A stretch of DNA of 64,000 nucleotides from Candidatus Eiseniibacteriota bacterium (GTDB taxonomy: Bacteria; Eisenbacteria; RBG-16-71-46). The first letter of the stretch is position 1. The number at the start of each line of letters is the position of its first letter. The notes beneath the pieces are model-generated. The model worked only from the letters and a program-made list of their open reading frames with translations, made no database searches and was not told where the DNA came from. Location: positions 1-64,000 of the forward strand of contig JBBRLX010000002.1 of NCBI GenBank assembly GCA_038231135.1, written 5' to 3'. Shown piece by piece: positions 50,551 to 64,000 of the stretch. A program made the translations under genes and the position numbers.

Positions 50551-52629
50551 CTACGGCAGCAACGCGATCCGCTGCGTCCGCCGCTCGCCGCCCGCCGCGA
50601 TGCGCGCGAGATAGATTCCCGCCTGGACCCTGCGGCCCGCATCGTTGCGGGCATCCCAGGCGATCGAGTTCCAGCCACCGGCGAGCCGGGAGCGGTCGAT
50701 CCGGCGCACCCGGGCACCGGTGACGTCGTAGAGCTCGATCGACACGGCGCCCGGCCGCGGCAGCCACAGCGAGAACGTCGCCGCGTCGCGGGCCGGATTG
50801 GGATGCGGCGGCGCCAGCCGCAGGCTGCCCACCGCGTTCGGCCCGACCCCCACCTCGCCGGCGGCGGCGGTGCACAGGATCCACTCGTCGGGATCCAGCG
50901 CCACCGAGGTCGGTGGCGAAGGAACGTGGAGCGTGAAGTCCTGCGCGGCGAGCGAGTCTTGAAGCACGAACGCGTACGCCGAGCTCTGCCCGTGAACCAC
51001 CACGTCGATCGGCATCGTGAACGTCTGCGCCGACTGCAGCTGATCCACGTGCAGCGCGAGATCGTACCCACCGCCCGCCGGCTGGACCGTGTACAGGCAG
51101 CGATAGTTCGGGGCGTACTCGCCGTAGATCCATTCCTGGAAGAACTTGTGGAGGTCGCGGCCGGACACCGATTCGCACGCCGCCTCGAAGTCCTCGGTGG
51201 TCGCGTTGCCGAAGGCGTGGCGGCTGCGGTACTCGCGAAGTGACGCGTAGAACGCGCTGTCCCCCACCACGTGGCGGAGCATGCTGAGCACCCAGGCGCC
51301 TTTGGTATACGACAGGTCGTAGTCGAAGATCCGGCCCGAGCTGGTGTCGGCCGGCACGTACACCGTGCCCGCCCCGAGGTAGCGGCGCGAATGGAGATAG
51401 TTGTGATAGGCGGTGGGGCCGCCCGTGATCTCGGCCCACATCGCCTCGCAGTAGGTCGCGAACCCCTCGTTGAGCCAGATGTGGTGGAAGCTCTGGCAGG
51501 TGACGAGGTCCCCCCACCACGAGTGCCCCAGCTCGTGCGCCGTCAGGTATTCGGCGAACGCCCCCACGCTCGTGCAGGTCTGGTTCTCCATTCCGCCGCC
51601 ACGCGGTGTCTCGGCCTCACCGTACTTCTCGTTAAGGAACGGGTATTCGCCGAATTTCACCGCATAGGCCGCGATGATGTTCTTGACCAGCGCGTTCGCG
51701 GGCGCCGACGCCACCGCCTCCTCGGGATAGGCGTAGAACTGGATCTCCATCGAGTCGGCCGGCGAGTAGCGGTACCAGTCGGAGTGCGCGGCGTAGGGGT
51801 AGCTCGCGATCGACACCAGGTAGGTGGCGATCGGGTAGCGCTCGTGCCACTGCGCCACCGCCACCACGCCGTTGTCCGTGGCGAGGACGCGCGTGCCGTT
51901 GGACGCGGTTATGTACCCGGTGGGCACGGTGAGGCGCACGTCGACGGAGTCGGCCTTGTCGTCGGGGTAGTCCTTGCACGGCCACCACTGCCGGGCCCCG
52001 AACGGCTCGCTCAGCGTCCATACCGCGATCCGGTTGTACCACGACATGAAGCCGAACACCGGTCCGAACGCTCCGCGCAGCGGCGTGCCGTGGTACATGA
52101 CCCGCACCACGATCGTCTGGCCCGTCGCGTAGGAATGGTCGAGCGTCACGGTGAGCAGGTCCGCCGCGTGCTGAAACGCCGCCGGCAGTCCGCCCGCGGT
52201 GACCGAGTCCACCACCATGTTGTCGTAGAAATCGAGATCCATCGTGGTGAGGGGTCCGCTCGAGACCGTGGCCCGGATCAGGACGCTGGCGGTGAGCACC
52301 TGGCTCGGAATGTCGGGGTGCAGATCGAGCGAGTAGTACCGCGCATCGTACGCCGCCTGATTCGGCGTCTCATCCACCCGCGCGCCGGACGTCATGGCGC
52401 CTGTGGAACTCTTGTAGAACGCGAGGTAGCGCGTGAGGTCGGTCTCGTCGACCACGCCCCCTGGCCATCCCGCGAGCGAGGGCGGCAGGTAGATGGGCCG
52501 GGCGGCCGCCGGCGCGGCCAGCCACAGGGAGCCCAGGACTCCCCCGATCAGCAGCGCGAGCCAGAGCCTGCGCCCGGCGGGCCCGGATACCTCACGAGAC
52601 CGCGATTTCAGCAGTTGCAGAGCCACCAT
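50551..52629 (-). CDS. M1 family aminopeptidase with FlgD-Ig/T9SS-like C-terminal domain
   Basis: GGMEN, HELGHSWWG...WLNEGFA, YTKGA; C-terminus PNP...YDVTG...WDARNDAG. Confidence 0.94.
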   Translation of the reverse strand: MVALQLLKSRSREVSGPAGRRLWLALLIGGVLGSLWLAAPAAARPIYLPPSLAGWPGGVVDETDLTRYLAFYKSSTGAMTSGARVDETPNQAAYDARYYSLDLHPDIPSQVLTASVLIRATVSSGPLTTMDLDFYDNMVVDSVTAGGLPAAFQHAADLLTVTLDHSYATGQTIVVRVMYHGTPLRGAFGPVFGFMSWYNRIAVWTLSEPFGARQWWPCKDYPDDKADSVDVRLTVPTGYITASNGTRVLATDNGVVAVAQWHERYPIATYLVSIASYPYAAHSDWYRYSPADSMEIQFYAYPEEAVASAPANALVKNIIAAYAVKFGEYPFLNEKYGEAETPRGGGMENQTCTSVGAFAEYLTAHELGHSWWGDLVTCQSFHHIWLNEGFATYCEAMWAEITGGPTAYHNYLHSRRYLGAGTVYVPADTSSGRIFDYDLSYTKGAWVLSMLRHVVGDSAFYASLREYRSRHAFGNATTEDFEAACESVSGRDLHKFFQEWIYGEYAPNYRCLYTVQPAGGGYDLALHVDQLQSAQTFTMPIDVVVHGQSSAYAFVLQDSLAAQDFTLHVPSPPTSVALDPDEWILCTAAAGEVGVGPNAVGSLRLAPPHPNPARDAATFSLWLPRPGAVSIELYDVTGARVRRIDRSRLAGGWNSIAWDARNDAGRRVQAGIYLARIAAGGERRTQRIALLP

Positions 52630-52709
52630 GCATCAAGTGTAGGCCCTGGCGCCGCAAGCCGGCCAGCGGCATCTGGCCGGGGCCCTCCGCGCCATCGGAA
52701 CCCGGGGTT

Positions 52710-53579
52710 TCACCGCGACTTCAGGCTCCCCGCCGCCAGGGTGACGAAGAACAGCGCGCTCAACGTGAGCACGACGGCACCGCCGGTCGGAACGTTCCAC
52801 AGGGTCGACAGCACGAGCCCGCCGATGCAGCTCGCGAGCGCGAGCGCGATGCTCCAGGCGATGTAGCCGCGCGTGCTGCGCGCGACGCTCCGGGCCGCGG
52901 CCGCGGGCACGACGACCAGCGCCTCGACCAGCAGCGCCCCGATGATCTTGAGGCTCACGACGATCGCCAGCGTCAGCAGCACGACGAACAGGTATTCGGT
53001 GTGGGTCGTGTCGGAACCGTTGGCGCCCGCGAGCGGCGGGCTCAGGCTGTCGAGCAGCAGCACGTTGTAGTGGCGCGCGAGCACGATCGCGACGCCGATG
53101 CCCACGACGAGCAGCAGCAGCAGGTCGCCGTCGGTCACGGTGAGCAGGCTGCCGAACATGACCGCCTCGATCTGGTGGATGTTGAATCGCCGGGTGGCCA
53201 CCACCAGCAGGCAGATGCCGAGACCCAGCGTCAGCGCCATGAACACGCCGATCAGCGTATCCGGCGGCAGCGTGGCCCGGCGCTTCACGTAGACCATGCC
53301 GACGGCGGACAGCAGACAGAACCCGAAGATCCCGGCGTAGGGGGAGTTGATCGGCTCACCGAGCAGCAGGCCGATCGTCAGGCCGGTCAGCGCGGCCTGT
53401 CCGATCGCGGTGCTGAAGAACGCCAGCCGCCGCGCCACGACCAGGTGGCTCATGCCGCCGAGCAGCGGCGCCACGATCAGCGCGGCGAGGAAGCCGCGCG
53501 CCATGAACGCGTAGGTGAACGCATCGGGAAGATGCGCGGCTCGCGCCAGTCCGGACAATGCCGCATAGAACGCGTTCAC
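52710..53579 (-). CDS. Metal ABC transporter permease (FpvE/ZnuB-like)
   Basis: VVARRLAFFS, FGSLLTV, KIIGALLVEAL. Confidence 0.92.
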   Translation of the reverse strand: MNAFYAALSGLARAAHLPDAFTYAFMARGFLAALIVAPLLGGMSHLVVARRLAFFSTAIGQAALTGLTIGLLLGEPINSPYAGIFGFCLLSAVGMVYVKRRATLPPDTLIGVFMALTLGLGICLLVVATRRFNIHQIEAVMFGSLLTVTDGDLLLLLVVGIGVAIVLARHYNVLLLDSLSPPLAGANGSDTTHTEYLFVVLLTLAIVVSLKIIGALLVEALVVVPAAAARSVARSTRGYIAWSIALALASCIGGLVLSTLWNVPTGGAVVLTLSALFFVTLAAGSLKSR

Positions 53580-54310
53580 GGCAGCTCCATCCCCGCCTGC
53601 AGCAGCCCGGCGGCCGGCTCGGCGCCGAACACCTCCGCGACGCTCCCGGTGCGGCGCACCGTGCGGTCGAGCACCGTCACCTGATCCGCGAGCCGCCGCA
53701 CCTGCGCCGGGTCGTGGGACACGATCAGGATCGTCGTACCGTGGCGGGCGCGCAGCTCCAGCAGCGTCGCGTCGAGCGCGGTCACCGCGGCCGGGTCCAT
53801 GCCGCTCGCCGGCTCGTCCGCCAGCAGCAGCTCGGGTGGCGGATCGATGGCGTTCGCCACCAGCAGCCGGCGCAGCTCCCCGCCCGACAGCACCCCGATG
53901 CGCCGCGACCCCATGCCGCCGAGCCCGACCCGGCCGAGCAGCGTGTCCACGACCTGTCGCGTGTGCGTTCGCAGACCCAGGCACACGGGGGCACGCTGGC
54001 GCTGGAACGCGAGGAACTCCGCGACTGTCACCGGCAGCGTCCGGTCGGCGAGGAAGCTCTGGGGCACGTAGCCGATGCGGCCGTCGCCGCTCCAGTTCAT
54101 GCGGATCGAGCCGCGGAACGCCTGCTGGCCGAGGAGTGCCGCGATCAGCGTGCTCTTGCCGGCGCCGTTGGGCCCGACGACGACGTGAATCGATCCGGCC
54201 GCCACGGCTATCGAGACGTCGTCGAGCAGGACGGTTTCGCCGGCACGGACGCCGAGGCCCGAGACCTCGACGAGCGGCGGGGCGAGGCTGCCGGACCCGG
54301 GGTCGCTCAC
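53576..54310 (-). CDS. Metal ABC transporter ATPase
   Basis: GPNGAGKS, IGYVPQ, LSGGE, DEP, SHD. Confidence 0.95.
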   Translation of the reverse strand: MSDPGSGSLAPPLVEVSGLGVRAGETVLLDDVSIAVAAGSIHVVVGPNGAGKSTLIAALLGQQAFRGSIRMNWSGDGRIGYVPQSFLADRTLPVTVAEFLAFQRQRAPVCLGLRTHTRQVVDTLLGRVGLGGMGSRRIGVLSGGELRRLLVANAIDPPPELLLADEPASGMDPAAVTALDATLLELRARHGTTILIVSHDPAQVRRLADQVTVLDRTVRRTGSVAEVFGAEPAAGLLQAGMELP

Positions 54311-55203
54311 TTCCCGGGATCGGTGACGAGCGCCTGAACCAGCGTATTCACGTTGGTCTGCATTTCCCTCTCGAACTTGTCGGGGGCGTACTGGCCCGTC
54401 GCGATGTGGCTGATGATATAGACCCGGACCTTGCCCTCGTCTCTCAGCACCTTGAGCAGCTTGTCCGGAAACGTCGCCTCGCTCAGCACGACCTGGATGT
54501 GCTCCCGCTTGATCAGGGCCACCAGCTCCGCCATCTCCCGCGCCGACGGGATGAGCCCGTGCGACGGCTCGACGACGCCGGCCAAGTCGATGCCGAACTC
54601 CTGCAGGAAATACGCGTAGCCGTCGTGGACCGTGACGACGCGGCTGAGCTTCGCGTTCGCGAGCTGGGTGGCCGCCGCCGCCTTGATGGCGCGCAGCCGC
54701 CGCGCGTAGACCGCCGCGTTGCTCTGGAACGCGGCGGCGTATTCCGGGCGCAGCCGGCCCAGCTCCTTCGCGATGTAATAGGTCTGCTGGATGGCGTTGC
54801 CGAACGAGATGAACGTGTGCGAGTTGATGGCGTTGCCGTTCTTGAACTTCATCAGCGGCGTCACGTCGTTCGGCCGCAGCACGGCCAGGTGCTTGTTGCC
54901 CGAGGCCTTGATCATGTCAAGGATGAAGTCGTCGTGGCCGATGCCGTTGATCACGATGGCGTCGAGGTCGGCGAGCTTCTTCACGTCCTGCGGGTTTGGC
55001 TGGTAGTTACCGGCGTCGATTTCGCCCGGGAGGATGCCGCGGACTTCCACGCCGGGGATGTTCCCGACGATGTTGCGCGTCCACGAATAGTAGGGATGCA
55101 GCGTCACGCCGATCTTCAGCGTGCGTGCGGCCGAGGGGACCGCGGCCTGGGCGACGCCTGCGAGCAGCAGGCAGGCGAGCGCTGTGAATCGGAACCGGCG
55201 CAT
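54307..55203 (-). CDS. Metal ABC substrate-binding protein (FpvC/TroA-like)
   Basis: Signal peptide; IGVTLHPYYSW, NGIGHDDF, NSHTF, HDGY. Confidence 0.9.
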   Translation of the reverse strand: MRRFRFTALACLLLAGVAQAAVPSAARTLKIGVTLHPYYSWTRNIVGNIPGVEVRGILPGEIDAGNYQPNPQDVKKLADLDAIVINGIGHDDFILDMIKASGNKHLAVLRPNDVTPLMKFKNGNAINSHTFISFGNAIQQTYYIAKELGRLRPEYAAAFQSNAAVYARRLRAIKAAAATQLANAKLSRVVTVHDGYAYFLQEFGIDLAGVVEPSHGLIPSAREMAELVALIKREHIQVVLSEATFPDKLLKVLRDEGKVRVYIISHIATGQYAPDKFEREMQTNVNTLVQALVTDPGK

Positions 55204-55226
55204 GGGTGGGCCTCGGTGGGAGCGGG

Positions 55227-55843
55227 TCACTGGGTGCCGGCGATGATCTGGCGCCAGCCCTGTTCGCGGTTGAAGAACGTGATCGGATGCACGACCGTGC
55301 CGGACACGGGGCCCATCCAGATCATGACGTGCAGCAGCGTGCCGTCGGACAGCCGATGATGCACCTCATCGGGCTGGATCCGCGGGTCGACGGGGATCCC
55401 GGGGTCGGGCTCCACGATATGGACTACGAAGCCCGGGCCCTGGGTGGATTTGGCGACGCCGACGTAGTTGATCTCGGTGGCCTCCTGGACCAACGCCCAC
55501 GAATGTCCGGCGCGATCGAGCGGGTCCGGCGCGAACGGCGGGATGCCGTCGGCCGCGAGCGCCGCCGGCTGCGGCCAGCGTCCGGTTGTGGACCGCACCC
55601 GTTCGGCCTCGGCAATGCCTTCCTGGATCTGACGAAACATCCGCTGCTCCGGCGCCGGCAGGTCGGCGAACGCGCGCTGGTCCAGGTCCAGCCGCCCGGC
55701 CCCCGGGGTCCGCGGCACCGCCGCCCGATCGAGGATCAGCAGTCCCGCGGCACAGCACAGGATGCGGGCGGTGAAGCGCAGCACCAGACCCAGCTCGTGA
55801 CGCACCGACGGCGGGCGCACGTCGACGGTGCGCAGGGTCGGCA

Positions 55844-55847
<4 letters not shown>
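55227..55847 (-). CDS. DUF6162/FpvK-like membrane-anchored protein
   Basis: VRPPSVRHE, one TM, DL...EQ, LAADGIPPF, GWRQI; ATGA overlap with the kinase stop. Confidence 0.6.
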
Positions 55848-58451
<2,604 letters not shown>

Positions 58452-58459
<8 letters not shown>

Positions 58460-60464
58460 GCGCGGGGGTTCCGAACCACCTCGCGAGCCACGCCTCCACC
58501 TCGCGGTTCCACAGGATCGAGTTCCGTGGCTTGAGCACCCAGTGGTTCTCGTCGGGGAAGTACACGAGCCGCGCCGGCACGCCCTTGGCCTTGAGCATGC
58601 CGTAGCACTGCAGGCCGTGGTTGATGGGCACGCGATAGTCGCGCTCGCCGTGCAACACCAGCATCGGCGTCGACATGTTCTGCGAGAACCGCGCGGGATT
58701 GCAGGCGTCGATCGCCTCGAGGCCGTTCCACGCCTCGCCGCCCCACGCCGCACCGCGGCCCATCGTCCAGTCGCTCGCGTACTGCCCGAGCGCGTCGAAC
58801 ACGCCGGCGTGATTCACGATGCAGCGGAACCGGTCGGTGTGGCCGGCAATCCATGCCGCCATGTAGCCGCCATAGGAGCCGCCGGCCGCCGCCATCCGCC
58901 GCTCGTCCACCAGCCCCATCGCGATGAGCGTGTCGGTCGCGCGCATCACGTCGTCGAACGGACGCTCCGCCCACTCGCCCTGGATCACCTTCGCGAACTG
59001 CTGCCCCCACGACGTCGAGCCCTGGAAGTTGACGAGCGCCGCCACGTAACCGGGCGCGGCGAACAGTTGCGGGTTCCAGCGCATGTGGAACACGTCGCCG
59101 CTGATGCCGTGCGGGCCACCGTGGATCACCTGCACCAGCGGGAGCCGCTCGCCGTCCCTGTGGCCGGGCGGCAGCACCACGAACATCTGGACGGTGACGC
59201 CGTGCGAGCCCTCGAAGTGCAACTCGCGCACCTCGCCCAACGCGACGCCGGACATCGCGGCGTCGGTGAAGCGCGTGAGCCGCGCGGGCGACCGGCCGTC
59301 GAGCCCGCACGAGAACACCTCGGAGGGTTCGACCAGGCTCTGCTGCACGAAGAACAGCCGCGTGCCCGCGATCGCGAGCCCGCCCGCCGATCCTCCCGGA
59401 ACCACCCGCTGCGGGGCGCCGTCGCCCCGGCTCGTGAACACCGACACGCGGCCGCGATCCTCGGTCACCAGGCACAGCGTGCCGTCGGACGCGAACTCCC
59501 AGCTGCCCGGTGACCGGTCCCAGCCGGTGACGATCTCGACGTGCGCGCCGCTGTTGCGGTCGAAGCGCATCAGCTGCACGCGGTCGGCGTAGAAATCGGG
59601 ATCGTGCGTCATGCCATAGACGATCGCCGCGCCGTCGGGCGAGTAGCGCGGTCGCAGATCGGAGGCCGGATGATCGCCCGTGAGGCAGGTGACCGTCCCG
59701 CCCGTCACGGGCACGGTGTAGATCGCGGAGCGCACGTAGTCGTGCTCGCCGTCCCAGCTCAGGCCCGCGAACGCGAGCTCGCGGCCGTCGGGTGCGATGT
59801 CGTACTGGCCCGACAACTCCATCCAGTCGAACCACAGCGTCGAGTCGGGGGTGAGGTCGCGCAGCGCATCGTTCGCGAGGTCGTACCGGAACAGGTGCGG
59901 CGTCTCACCGGTGGTGAGCCACTGGTCCCAGAACCGGAAGAACCGGTCCTCGGTGAGGTGCGCCTTGACCGGGTCCGCGTCGCGCCGATCGAGCTCGGCC
60001 GCGGTGGCCGCGGGCGTGAAGTGACCCTTGATCAGCAGCGCACCGAACACGATGCCAGAGCCGTCGGGCAGCCAGCGTGGATCGAACACCCCGAGCGGCA
60101 GGTCGGTGAGCCGCCGCGATTCGCCGCCGTCGAGCGGCATCACGTGCAGCTGCCCCTTACCCTTGTCGTTCCGGCGCACGAACGCGAGCTGCCGGCCGTC
60201 GGGCGACACCCGGGGCTCGGTGCTCGTGGAATCGGGGGACGTGAGCGGCCGGGGCTCGCCGGCCCCCACCGTCACCTGCCACAGCCGGGTGCGGGTCGAG
60301 TTCTTCTCGATGTCGGGCGTGGTGACGGGCACCACGCACCAGGTGCCGTCGGGCGCGGGCGCCGGCGCGCCGACGCGAGGAATCGTCCACAAGTCCTCGG
60401 GCGCGAGCGGGCGCCCCTGGCGGGCCGGGTACAGCGTGGCAACGGGGTTGGTGGCGACGGTCAT
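58452..60464 (-). CDS. S9 family peptidase (dipeptidyl/acylaminoacyl peptidase)
   Basis: PD40-like propeller, IHGGP, GGSYGG, HGERDYRV, DENH. Confidence 0.95.
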
Positions 60465-60749
60465 GGAACGCTCCTCGGCAGGTACTCAGGCGGCACGGCG
60501 AGGGAGACGACTGAGAAAAGATACCAAACCGGCGTCCCGTTCGTGGCCGCCGACGCTGCCGCGGCTTGCGGCGCACACCCGCCGGTGACCATCCGTGCAG
60601 CGGATTCGCCGCCCGGCGACGGAGGCGGTATGCTCCGGTGTTGAAATTCGGGTGACCGGACCCTCGCAGCCCGCGGGCCGCATCCAAACCGTTACCGACT
60701 CGCCGCGCTGGGCCGCCCCACCACCATCCTCCAGGGAACGAACCTCGAA

Positions 60750-63491
<2,742 letters not shown>

Positions 63492-63498
63492 GCGAGGC

Positions 63499-63849
63499 AT
63501 GGCGATGCGAATTCACAGGCACCTGGTTCTCACGCTGGCCGTTGCCGTATTGACCGGTTGCTCGGCGAAGGCTGTGCCCACCGGCGGACAGCGGGTCGCG
63601 ATCCACGTCACGGAGAACGGCTTCGAGCCGGCGGTGGTGAACGTGAAAGCGGGATCGCCCGTGACGCTACTGGTGACGCGCCTCACCGATCAGACCTGCG
63701 CCACCGAGCTGGTGATCAAGGCCGAGAACGTCCATCAGAGCCTGCCGCTCAATCACCAGGTCGCGATCACGTTCACGCCCGAGCACAAGGGCGACGTGAC
63801 GTACGTGTGCGGCATGGACATGCTGAAGGGCACGATCCGGGTGGAGTGA
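63499..63849 (+). CDS. Cupredoxin-domain lipoprotein
   Basis: LTGC lipobox; GFEPAVV.VKAG.PV, CATE, YVCGMDM. Confidence 0.85.
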   Translation: MAMRIHRHLVLTLAVAVLTGCSAKAVPTGGQRVAIHVTENGFEPAVVNVKAGSPVTLLVTRLTDQTCATELVIKAENVHQSLPLNHQVAITFTPEHKGDVTYVCGMDMLKGTIRVE

Positions 63850-63865
63850 GCGCGGCGCCAACGGG

Positions 63866-64000
63866 TCAGCCGACGGGCCTCTTGGCCACGGCATAGATCA
63901 CGTTCGCCTCCACCTCGCGCACGCCGTAGTGGTGGTGGTACTCGTCGCACGCGACCCGCACCCGCTGCCGCTGTTCGGCCGTCAGCTGATCGATCGTGCC
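63866..64000 (-). CDS. 3' end of a gene running off the window, possibly a class I methyltransferase
   Basis: Open frame GTIDQLTAEQRQRVR...ANVIYAVAKRPVG-stop. Confidence 0.45.
   Translation of the reverse strand, partial: GTIDQLTAEQRQRVRVACDEYHHHYGVREVEANVIYAVAKRPVG

Overview
High-GC bacterial window. Several secreted proteins end in FlgD-Ig/T9SS-like sorting domains and there is a PorV-like gene, which suggests an FCB-related lineage such as Ca. Eisenbacteria (inference, not tested). (1) 1-13142 is the right part of a decayed, tandemly built genomic island. It has copies of a tRNA-Glu 3' end at 9921 and 13121, each with short arm-like repeats exactly 140 bp upstream, and a partial copy at 10020. 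It also holds a tyrosine-recombinase-type site at 85-137, IS66/IS21/IS256 fragments, two diverged copies of a gene-plus-cis-element module flanking a 1675-aa secreted Kelch/hydrolase gene, and a GMC oxidoreductase islet. (2) 13.3-27 kb is core-like: SdpR/SdpI-like pair, BI-1/YccA, aspS, hisS, VanZ, tRNA-Lys(CTT) and a frameshifted prolyl oligopeptidase. It also has an operon of a PTS EIIA plus three complex-I/Hyf/Mrp-like membrane subunits that appear to lack the charged pumping residues, divergent from a GGDEF protein with a substituted base-binding residue. (3) 27.4-37.1 kb is a second accessory block of secreted and outer-membrane proteins behind an IS66 remnant, with a 92-bp repeat flanking one gene. 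(4) 37.4-64 kb is mostly housekeeping and signalling: GAF, PAS, ECF sigma, PAP2, archaemetzincin, clpB, Moco oxidoreductase, speA, M1 and S9 peptidases, an FpvKCDE-like metal ABC operon with a MASE1 hybrid kinase, aceE and a cupredoxin. All family calls come from motif recognition by eye; no searches were run.
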